A DNA stretch of 64,000 bases from Verrucomicrobiia bacterium (GTDB lineage: Bacteria > Verrucomicrobiota > Verrucomicrobiia > Verrucomicrobiales > Akkermansiaceae), in NCBI GenBank assembly GCA_030430455.1, contig JAUIJB010000001.1, forward strand, positions 35,219 through 99,218, read 5' to 3'. Numbering within the stretch: the first letter of the stretch is position 1; every line of letters starts with the position of its first letter. Under the pieces are notes generated by a model, which saw only the letters and a list, made by a program, of their open reading frames with translations, did not search any database and was not told the DNA's origin. Of the stretch, positions 32,541 through 40,529 are shown piece by piece. The translations under genes and the position numbers were made by a program.

Positions 32541-33977
32541 ATGAAGATCATCGGACGGATCGCGGCCTCGCTGTCGATGGCCGCGGCCGCGCTCGCCGAT
32601 CCGGTCGAGCTGGTGCTTGACTTTCGCGAGCCCCGCCAGCGTTTCGAGGGCTTCGGCGCCTCGGGGGCGTGGTGGCACAGCTGGTTTCACGAGATGAGCC
32701 GGGAGGACCAGGAGCGCGCCCTCGACCTGCTCTACACCGATCGGGGCGCCGACCTGACGATCTTCCGCTACAACCTTCCCTCGGCCTCCGGCGACGATGT
32801 CACCAACCCGAAGCGCCGCACGGCGGAGGTCGAGACCGGGCCGTTCGAGTACGACCTCGACCGCGATCCGAAGCCTCTCGACATCCTCGAGCGGGTGCTC
32901 GAGCGCGGTGTGAAGGACGTCGTTTTCTTCAGCAACAGCCCGCCACGACGGCTGACCCGCAGCGGCATGACGAGCGGCGGGGCGAGTGGTGGAATCAACC
33001 TCGCCGAGGGCGCCGAGGACAGCTTCGCCCGCTACCTGGTCGACCTCACCGACGCCTTGATGCGGCGGACCGGGCTCGAGCACGCCCGGCTGTCTCCGGT
33101 CAACGAGCCGCAGTGGCGCTGGGGCGAGGACAGCCGCCACCAGGACGGCTGTCACTACCGGCCGCAGGGGGTCGCCGCGATGGCGCGCGCGGTGCTCGAT
33201 GAACTCGAGCGCCGCCGTGAGGGGTTGTCCGGCAAGATCGAGGTCGAACTGTTCGATTCGGGATCGTGGGAGGCCACCCCGGAGTATGCACGGGTGGTGT
33301 GGGAGGACCCGCGGATTGCCGCGGCGGTCGACAGCATCGCGATCCACTCCTACTGGAGCGACGCCCGCAAGAAGCGGGAGGCGCGTGGCTGGCTCGACCG
33401 GCACCTGCCCGGGGTGCCGGTGCGGATGACCGAGTACTGCGAGATGCGCGGCGGTCACGACCCCGGGATGCGCTCGGCGCTGAACCTAGCCAGGACGATC
33501 CACGAAGACTTCACCATCGGCGGGGTCATCGAGTGGACCTGGTGGCTCGGCCTGAGCAGCAGCCGCTACTGCGACGGCCTGCTGCACGCCTTTCCGGAGC
33601 GGCGCCGCGGGACGCCGCGGCTGGAGACGACGAAACGCCTGTGGGCAATGGCGAACTGGAGCCGCCACGTGCGTCCGGGTTGGTCGCGCGTTGCCTGTGA
33701 GTCATCCGGCGAGACCGAGCTGCTTGCCACCGCCTTCGTCGCACCGGAGCGGGACCGGGCGGTGTGCGTGATCGTCAATCCGTCGCGCGACGAAGCCCGG
33801 TTCTCAAGCCGGGTCGTTGGCGGCGACTTCGTGACCCACGCCGCCTGGCGCACGGATGACGGTCACGACCTTGCCCGGGTCGAGGCGGCTTCGATCCTGC
33901 CGCCGCGCTCCGTCACCACCTTCGAGCTGCGCTTGAGGGGGGCCTCAGCGGACGAAACCGCGGCGCCGGCGCGCTGA
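32541..33977 (+). CDS. secreted clan GH-A glycoside hydrolase, family 30-like
   Basis: Signal MKIIGRIAASLSMAAAALA. FEGFGASGAWW. Acid/base-type VNEPQW and nucleophile-type MTEYCE motifs. C-terminal beta domain. Confidence 0.7.
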   Translation: MKIIGRIAASLSMAAAALADPVELVLDFREPRQRFEGFGASGAWWHSWFHEMSREDQERALDLLYTDRGADLTIFRYNLPSASGDDVTNPKRRTAEVETGPFEYDLDRDPKPLDILERVLERGVKDVVFFSNSPPRRLTRSGMTSGGASGGINLAEGAEDSFARYLVDLTDALMRRTGLEHARLSPVNEPQWRWGEDSRHQDGCHYRPQGVAAMARAVLDELERRREGLSGKIEVELFDSGSWEATPEYARVVWEDPRIAAAVDSIAIHSYWSDARKKREARGWLDRHLPGVPVRMTEYCEMRGGHDPGMRSALNLARTIHEDFTIGGVIEWTWWLGLSSSRYCDGLLHAFPERRRGTPRLETTKRLWAMANWSRHVRPGWSRVACESSGETELLATAFVAPERDRAVCVIVNPSRDEARFSSRVVGGDFVTHAAWRTDDGHDLARVEAASILPPRSVTTFELRLRGASADETAAPAR

Positions 33978-34117
33978 GCTGAGCCCGAGGTCCTGGCGGG
34001 CGACTGCCACTTTCGCCGACTTGAGTCTCGCGGATTCCCGCAGCAGCGACCGGCCAGGCCATCGACGCGGTGCGAAAGCTGCAACAACCCGGCCTCCGGC
34101 TGCGTTCCATGGGGATC

Positions 34118-35557
34118 ATGAAGCGGATCACCCTCTCCCTGCTCGCACTGGTGGCATTGCCCGGACCGGTCGTCGCCCGCACCTGGACCGAAGCCGAGTC
34201 GGGCCGCACGATCGAGGCCGAGTTGGTCGGGGTCGGCGACGGCACGGCCACCCTCGAGCGCACCGATGGACGCCGGTTCGAGTTGCCGCTGGCGCGCTTG
34301 TCGGACGCCGACCGCGCGTTCATCGAGGAGCAGGGCCCGATGGCCGTGGAGGCCGGCGCGGACTGGCCGAGCTGGCGCGGTCCCAAGCGCGACAACCGCT
34401 CGCCCGACACCGGCCTGCTCAAGACCTGGCCGGAGGGCGGGCCGAAGCTGGTGTGGACCTTCGAGGACGGCGGCAAGGGCTACAGCGCGCCGGCAATCGT
34501 CGGCGGGAAGATCTACATCACGGGAACACGCGGCGACGACGCCGAGATCATCTGCCTCGACGCCGCCACCGCCAAGGAGCAATGGAGCGCGAAGATCGGC
34601 GACGACGAGGGCGAGGGCTACATGACCCGGTGGGGCGGAGGCACCCGCGGTGCCCCGACGGTGAGCGACGGCCTGGTCTACGCCATGACCGCCAACGGCA
34701 CGGTGGCCTGCGTCGGGGCCGAGGACGGCAAGGTCAAGTGGCGCAAGGACCTCGTCGGGGACTTCGGCGGCAGCGTGCCGCGCTGGGGCTACGCCGAGTC
34801 CCCCCTGGTCGACGGCAACCGCCTGATCGTCACCCCGGGCGGGGCGCAGGGCGCGATCGTCGCCTTTGACAAGGTGAGCGGGGACATCCTGTGGCAAAGC
34901 GAGGAGCTGAAGGACGGCGCCCACTACTCGTCGGTGATCGTTGCCGAGCCCGACGGCCGGCGGCAGTACATCCAGCTCTTCGAAAAGAAGCTTGCGGGGG
35001 TCGACGCCGAGAGCGGCAAGCTGCTGTGGACGGTGGGCTGGCCGGACGGCCGCACCGCGGTGATCCCGACCCCGGCGCTCGACGGTGACCGGGTTTACGT
35101 CACCTCCGGCTACGGCGCCGGCAGCATGCTGGTCAAGCTGACCGGCGACGGGGCCGAGGAAGTCTGGCGCAACAAGGTGATGAAGGTGCACCATGGCGGG
35201 GTGGTGCTCGTCGACGGCCACGCCTACGGTCTTTCCGACGGCGGCGGCCTGGTTTGCCAGAACCTCGACAGCGGCGAGCTGGTCTGGAACCAGCGCGGTC
35301 GGGGGACCCAAAAGGGCGCGGTCCATTACGCCGACGGCATGCTCTACGGCCTCGACGAGGAGGAGGGCTCGGTGTTTCTGGCCGAGGCCACCGCGGCAGA
35401 GTTCCGCGAGCGTGGTCGCTTCGAGTTGCCGCAGGAAACCGAGTTGCGTGAAGGGACCATGGGCAAGGTTTGGACCCACCCGGTGGTCATCGGCGGCAAG
35501 CTCTACCTGCGCGACCAAGACCTGCTGTTCTGCTTCGACGTCAGCGGAGGAAGCTGA
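34118..35557 (+). CDS. secreted SHD1-domain plus PQQ-like beta-propeller repeat protein
   Basis: Start MKRITLSLLALVAL. SHD1-like RTWTEAESGRTIEAELVGV. WPSWRGPKRDNRS and repeated G.vY..t..G.v.clda..Gk..W blades. Confidence 0.8.
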   Translation: MKRITLSLLALVALPGPVVARTWTEAESGRTIEAELVGVGDGTATLERTDGRRFELPLARLSDADRAFIEEQGPMAVEAGADWPSWRGPKRDNRSPDTGLLKTWPEGGPKLVWTFEDGGKGYSAPAIVGGKIYITGTRGDDAEIICLDAATAKEQWSAKIGDDEGEGYMTRWGGGTRGAPTVSDGLVYAMTANGTVACVGAEDGKVKWRKDLVGDFGGSVPRWGYAESPLVDGNRLIVTPGGAQGAIVAFDKVSGDILWQSEELKDGAHYSSVIVAEPDGRRQYIQLFEKKLAGVDAESGKLLWTVGWPDGRTAVIPTPALDGDRVYVTSGYGAGSMLVKLTGDGAEEVWRNKVMKVHHGGVVLVDGHAYGLSDGGGLVCQNLDSGELVWNQRGRGTQKGAVHYADGMLYGLDEEEGSVFLAEATAAEFRERGRFELPQETELREGTMGKVWTHPVVIGGKLYLRDQDLLFCFDVSGGS

Positions 35558-35617
35558 ACCGCCACGTCCGCGTTCCGGCTTCACCGCGGCGCGGATCAAC
35601 GAGGGCCGGGTGGAGGA

Positions 35618-36523
35618 TCACGGGATCACCCGGGAGACCCGCCAGAAATGCCGCGGGGCATCCGGGGTGGGGGTGGTCCAGCGGGTGGCGCCGAGCAGCG
35701 GGTCGCCATTGATGGTGGCCACCGGCTGCAGGCTGGCGGGATCCGAGCCGGCCTCGATCCGGTAGCTCCCGCCGGGGCTGCTCGGCCACTCGAGGAAGTA
35801 GTCTTCGCCGTCGAAGCCATGGCGGGTGATGGCGAAGTGGCCATCATTCTGGTTCAGCACGGCGATGGCATCGAGGTCGAAGCCGCCGCTGCCGATGGTC
35901 GGGGTGGGGTCGTAGATCGGGTCGCCGCCGGTGTCGGTGGTGGCGCCGTCACCGATGATGTCGACCAGGCGGACGAAGACGACGTGCTGCTTGTCGAGGG
36001 TCGGTCCGGCCGGGAGGTCGCCAAGGTCGAAGGGGGTGCCGAAGCCGGCGCGGTGCTTGCTCGCCAGACCGGACAGGTTGGTCGGGTCGACCGAGCCGAA
36101 GGCCCCCACCGGGCCCGCCGTCAGTGAGTCGCTGGGAAAGCGGTGGAAGTGGGTGCCGTCGCTGGAGACCTCGACGAAGGCGAGCTCGAGGAAGGTGTTG
36201 CCGATGGCATTCTCGAAGACCGCGAAGTCGGGGCCCTCACCGTCGGCGATGGCTCGAGGGAAGAACAGGGTGATGCGCCCGCCGTTGCCGAGGCAGACGA
36301 TGTCGAGGGGGTCGTCGACGGCGGGGCCGGCGGCCTTTTCCGGGGTGCGCCAGGTGGCGTCGACGTCGCTGCCGTAGAGGACCTCGCTGTGCCCGGCGGC
36401 CCAGGCGACAATGCGCGGGTCGTCCTTCGGGATCGCATCGCTGCCGGTGGTTCCGGCGGCGCCGGGGTAGGGGCCGGCGAGGGCGGTCGTGGCGAGGGCG
36501 AGGAGGGTGGAAGGGAGCTTCAT
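35618..36523 (-). CDS. secreted protein of unknown function
   Basis: Signal [43 protein letters not shown] core. No domain recognised. Confidence 0.7.
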   Translation of the reverse strand: MKLPSTLLALATTALAGPYPGAAGTTGSDAIPKDDPRIVAWAAGHSEVLYGSDVDATWRTPEKAAGPAVDDPLDIVCLGNGGRITLFFPRAIADGEGPDFAVFENAIGNTFLELAFVEVSSDGTHFHRFPSDSLTAGPVGAFGSVDPTNLSGLASKHRAGFGTPFDLGDLPAGPTLDKQHVVFVRLVDIIGDGATTDTGGDPIYDPTPTIGSGGFDLDAIAVLNQNDGHFAITRHGFDGEDYFLEWPSSPGGSYRIEAGSDPASLQPVATINGDPLLGATRWTTPTPDAPRHFWRVSRVIP

Positions 36524-36556
36524 GGTGGGTTGGGCGCGCGCCTGCGGCGCAGTGCC

Positions 36557-36842
36557 CCGCCGTCGCTTTTCGAGCTATGGCGGGCAGGCGGGTAAGAAGT
36601 AGAAAGCAAAAAGTGGTTCGGGGCGGGGTGGGCCTGGTGGGTGCGGTGGTGGGCGAGGTGCGGGGGGAGTGGTGGAACGGAGCGCCGACTTCAGTCGGCT
36701 GAGAGGTGCGGATGCGGAGATGGTGGGCGGGTCGGGCAGGCGGAAGCCTGCGGTCCGATGGGAGGCTTGTTGAGAGTGGTGGGTTAAGGGGGCGGCCATG
36801 GCATTCTCGATGATGTCGGGCTTGGCGGCTGGAAGCCGCCGC
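36557..36842. repeat. modular hairpin repeat array, locus C (M1-M2-M3-M4)
   Basis: M1 36557-36616, M2 36679-36699, M3 36735-36762, M4 36819-36842. Same order as locus A. Confidence 0.75.
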
Positions 36843-36848
36843 CACGGT

Positions 36849-38852
36849 CTAGAGTTCCCGGCGGATGCCGAGGAGGAACTGGCGGCCGGCGGCGGGATAC
36901 CAGAGGCCGCTGTACTTCAGGGTGGCGTAGCGCTCGTCGAGGAGGTTGTTGATGCGGCAGTAGAGCGAGAGGCCGGGACTGGGTTCGTAGCGGAGAAGGA
37001 GATTGAGGACATCGTAGGCGGGCAGCTTGGGCCGGGTGTTGAGGAAGTCGTTGCCCTCGTGGGAACTGCCGATCCACTGGTACTCGGCCTGCAGGGTGAG
37101 GCAGTCGTTGGGGCGCCAGGCCAGGGTGGCGCTGAGCTCGTGGTTGGGCACCAGGTAGACGTCCTTGCCGGCGTAGGGGCCGTCCAGGAACTCGGCGTCG
37201 AGCATCGTGTAGCGGAGGTCGGCCTGCCAGGCTTCCGCCCGGTAACCGAGCCAGCCCTCCAGCCCGAGGCGGCGGGTGTCGGCCAGGTTGACGTTGAGGT
37301 TGCGGACGAAGTCGTAGGCGATCTCGCCCTCGAGCCACTGGGCGAAGCCATTGAGGCCGAGGGTCCACCCCCCGGGCGCCCACTCGCCTCCCAGTTCGAA
37401 ATTGTGGCCGGTCTCGGCGCGGAGCCGGTCGTTGAAGGGGACGCTGAGGGGGAATCCCTGGTAGGACGCGATCTCGTCGATCGAGGGCAGCCGGTAGAGC
37501 CGGTCGTAGCGGAACCAAAGCGCCTGCTCTTCGGTTGGCTCCCAGCGGATCCCGGCCTGGAGGGCGTGGTTGGTCTCGCCGCCGCCGCGGGCGAAGTTGA
37601 GGGCGGGGTCGGCGGGGAAGGTGTAGCTGCGCGCGGCGGCATCGACCGACGAGCGTTCCCAGCGCGCCGCGGCGCTGAGGTGCCAGTCCTGCCACGCCTC
37701 CCACTCGCCGCTGGCGAAGACCCCGAGGATGTCGCGATCGAGTGAGGCGTCGGACGTGCGGTTGAGACGTTGGATCTCGGCGTACTGCTGCAGGTCCAAT
37801 GTGTCGCGGCGGAACTGCAGGCCGGCCTCGGCCGACCAGGACTCGCGCCGCAGGGTCAGCCGTGGCGCCAGGTCGAGGGTGTCGAGCAGGTTGTCGCTGT
37901 GGAAGCCGGGGCCGAAGTTCCAGGCGAGGTCGCGCCGGTAGTACGAGACGGGTAGTTCCACGGCGAGGTCTTCGCGGTCGCCGAGCGTGAGGCCACCGCC
38001 GGCGAGCCAGCGCGTTTGCTCGCTGAAATACTGGTCGGCCTGGCCGGCGCGAGCGTAGATCGACTGCCGCGGGTCGGCGAGGTAGGCGGCGGTGCCGAGC
38101 GGGCCGGGGAAGCCGCCGCTCTCGTCGGCCCACGACAGCGACAGGTCGGCGGCGAGGTTCGCGGCGAGTGCCTTGTCCCAGCGCAGCGCCGCCGACTCGA
38201 GCTCGCTGAAGCCGTTCTCGCGCCAGCCGTCGGTGAGGTTTTTCTCGAGGTCGAGGCCGATCCGGTGGCCGCCGATCCCCCCATGGTGCGACGCCCTCGC
38301 GATCAGGCTGCCGTCGCTGCCGCCGGCGGCCTCGACGACGGTGGAGGTCGTACTTTCCGACTTCGTGACCAGGTTGATCACGCCGCCCACGGCGTTGTCG
38401 CCGAAGCGGGCGCTGTGGCTGCCGCGCAGGATCTCGACGCGCTCGAGCCGGGCGAGGGGCACCTCGAGCCACGACACCGGGGCGGTGTCGGCGCGATTGA
38501 TCGGGCGGCCGTCGACGAGGACGAGGACGCGCGAGGCGGCGTTCTCGCCGAAGCCGCGCAGGTGGACCGTGGCGTCGGCGGGGTTGCCGGTGGTGCTGGT
38601 CAGGCGGACGCCGCCCCGACTGGCGAGCAGCCCGGCGACCGAGCGCGCGCCCGAATTGGTGATGGTCTCCTCGTCGATGACGGTGGCGCTGCCGGCGAAG
38701 TGGGCGGGCAGGACCGAGTCCTCCTCCTCCTCCGACTCGACCACCAGGGGGTCGAGCCGGGCGACTTCCGTGTCCTGCGCCCCGGCCCGAAGCAGCGGGC
38801 CGAGGGCGAGGATGAGAAGGTGCCGGAGTTTCACCGAGGTCGGGTGGAACAA
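36849..38852 (-). CDS. TonB-dependent receptor, probable cobalamin (BtuB-like) transporter
   Basis: Signal, TonB-box-like LDPLVVES, plug motifs VHLRGFG, VLVDGRPIN and VEILRGSHSARFG. Lies in the riboswitch-controlled operon. Confidence 0.85.
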   Translation of the reverse strand: MFHPTSVKLRHLLILALGPLLRAGAQDTEVARLDPLVVESEEEEDSVLPAHFAGSATVIDEETITNSGARSVAGLLASRGGVRLTSTTGNPADATVHLRGFGENAASRVLVLVDGRPINRADTAPVSWLEVPLARLERVEILRGSHSARFGDNAVGGVINLVTKSESTTSTVVEAAGGSDGSLIARASHHGGIGGHRIGLDLEKNLTDGWRENGFSELESAALRWDKALAANLAADLSLSWADESGGFPGPLGTAAYLADPRQSIYARAGQADQYFSEQTRWLAGGGLTLGDREDLAVELPVSYYRRDLAWNFGPGFHSDNLLDTLDLAPRLTLRRESWSAEAGLQFRRDTLDLQQYAEIQRLNRTSDASLDRDILGVFASGEWEAWQDWHLSAAARWERSSVDAAARSYTFPADPALNFARGGGETNHALQAGIRWEPTEEQALWFRYDRLYRLPSIDEIASYQGFPLSVPFNDRLRAETGHNFELGGEWAPGGWTLGLNGFAQWLEGEIAYDFVRNLNVNLADTRRLGLEGWLGYRAEAWQADLRYTMLDAEFLDGPYAGKDVYLVPNHELSATLAWRPNDCLTLQAEYQWIGSSHEGNDFLNTRPKLPAYDVLNLLLRYEPSPGLSLYCRINNLLDERYATLKYSGLWYPAAGRQFLLGIRREL

Positions 38853-38906
38853 AGCCGCAGGGAGCGGCCCGCCGTCCTGCGGGACCTGCGAGTCCGTTGC
38901 CGAGAT

Positions 38907-39605
38907 TCAGCGCCGCCGGCGCAGCAGGGTGAGGGGGCCGAGGAGCGAGCCGAGCAGGACGATGGAAGGCTCCGGCACGGCGGCCAGCGGGCTGCCGGAG
39001 GGCGGGGCGATGTGGCTGTAGGAGGCGTCGCTGGGCCCGAAGGACCAGGCGTCCCAGGCGCCGTCGGTGAGGAGCCGGCCGCTCGAGCCGAAGCTCTCGG
39101 CGGAGGCGCCGGCGGGCGAGGAAACCCAGCCGGTGGGCAGGCGGTCGCCGCCGCCGGCCACGGAGTCCGGGCTGCCGATGGCGCCGCCGGCGAAGCCGCC
39201 GCTGAGGTAGTAGCCCCAGCTGTCGTAGTCGTCGGGGAAGTTGGCGAAGCTGCCGCTGGTCGCGTTGTGGACCGCGGATCCGTCGTCGTAGCGGATCTCG
39301 GTCAGGAAAAATCCGGAAGCGCCGCTGCCGAAGGAGACGACCGACAGGGCCGGGTCGGCGGCGGTGACGGCGAGGATCATGTCGGCGCCGGAGGCCTCGC
39401 CGTCGAAGCGGTAGCCCCAGGCAAAGCTCTCGCGGGAAGTGCCGTCGTTGAAGTCGATGACGATGGTGGCGAGATTGGCACCGCTACCGACGACCGAGAG
39501 GAGGTCGTCGGTGGTGATGACGGGTGAAGTGGCGGCGGCGTGGGCGGCGGGCGTGGCGGCCAGCAGGCCCAGGGTGACGATGGTTCGGATGGTCATGTCG
39601 GTCAT
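38907..39605 (-). CDS. PEP-CTERM-anchored secreted protein, first gene behind the cobalamin riboswitch
   Basis: Start MTDMTIRTIVTLGLLAATPAAHA. C-terminal VPEPSIVLLGSLLGPLTLLRRRR. Motifs FAWGYRFDG and YDSWGYYLSGG...LTDGAWDAWSFG. Confidence 0.8.
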   Translation of the reverse strand: MTDMTIRTIVTLGLLAATPAAHAAATSPVITTDDLLSVVGSGANLATIVIDFNDGTSRESFAWGYRFDGEASGADMILAVTAADPALSVVSFGSGASGFFLTEIRYDDGSAVHNATSGSFANFPDDYDSWGYYLSGGFAGGAIGSPDSVAGGGDRLPTGWVSSPAGASAESFGSSGRLLTDGAWDAWSFGPSDASYSHIAPPSGSPLAAVPEPSIVLLGSLLGPLTLLRRRR

Positions 39606-39734
39606 GTTTGGTTCTCGTTGGACCGAGCGAGAACGCGCGGGGCCGAAGTGCCCCGCGTTCATTTCCCGTCACCCCCTGGATCGCGAGGGGGCGTGCCGTC
39701 CCGCGGCTCGGAATTCCACGGGACCGGACGGTGA

Positions 39735-39890
39735 CCAGCGGGATGAAGTATTCGGACTCCTGGCTGTTGACCTTCTTCCCGCCTTCACCCCCGCTCGGGC
39801 GGGGATTGGCATGTTGGGAAGTCGTGACCAGTTACCGCAGCGCGTCTGTTCCGGACTCTCACCGGATTCCATGCATCCCGGCGCCAGCGT
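39735..39890 (-). promoter_or_regulatory. cobalamin (B12) riboswitch aptamer
   Basis: Minus strand reads GGATGCATGGAATCCGGTGAGAGTCCGGAACAGACGCGCTGCGGTAACTGG ... GCCAATCCCC...GGCGGGAAGAAGGTC...CAGCCAGGAGTCCGAATAC. This closely parallels E. coli btuB GGGAATCCAGTGCGAATCTGGAGCTGACGCGCAGCGGTAAGG...AAGCCCGAAGACCTGCC. P1 is CGGGATG/CATCCCG. Downstream hairpins at 39610-39660 form the expression platform. Confidence 0.8.
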
Positions 39891-39980
39891 CGGGGCGAGG
39901 AGACACCGCCGGCCCGGCCCATGGCAAGCGTGATTCCGGGCTCGGGCGGAACGCCTCCGACGGATGCCGGCGAGCCCCCG

Positions 39981-40014
39981 AAAAAAAAACCGCCTCCCCG
40001 GACGCGGGGAAGGC
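39981..40014 (-). terminator. rho-independent terminator of the small Cys-protein gene
   Basis: Minus strand reads CCTTCCCCG-CGTC-CGGGGAGG followed by a T9 run. Confidence 0.8.
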
Positions 40015-40037
40015 CGGTGGAAATGAGGTGGAGGCGC

Positions 40038-40229
40038 CTACTTGGCCTCGAAGTCACCGCACCAGTCGTCCTGGGAGGTGCTCGGGAAGCGCGACTCGAC
40101 CTTCACGTCGTCGTCGACTTCGAAGGAGATGAGTTGAGGTGCGTGGCGGCGGCATTCGCCCTCTCCGGAGGCGGTGGCTTTCCAGTGGACGCAGTCGGCG
40201 CAGGCTTTGGTGGTGGTGGCAGTGGTCAT
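40038..40229 (-). CDS. small cysteine-containing protein (63 aa), unknown function
   Basis: MTTATTTKACADCVHWKATASGEGECRRHAPQ...DDWCGDFEAK. A strong terminator lies 24 nt after the stop. Confidence 0.55.
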   Translation of the reverse strand: MTTATTTKACADCVHWKATASGEGECRRHAPQLISFEVDDDVKVESRFPSTSQDDWCGDFEAK

Positions 40230-40529
40230 GGTTCGTGTGGGGTTGTTGGTCTCAACAAGTTCCCCAGCGTTCACCCGGATCTGCCGATTTTCAAAGACTT
40301 TCTGGCTGAGAGCTAGTCTCAACAAGGGCCGCTCGGGCGATCGCGGCATCGTCGGGCCGGGGGCTCCGGGCCGCGAGTTCTCATCCGCGGGAATCATCCG
40401 GCGGAAGGCTGGGCGGCCCCCTGCGCGATGAATCCCGGTAGCCCGGCTCGACCGGGAAATGGCCCTGAAAGATCGGGCGGAACGGGAGGGTTTCCTTTCA
40501 TTCCCCAAGTCCCCAACCCCGCTTGCCGA

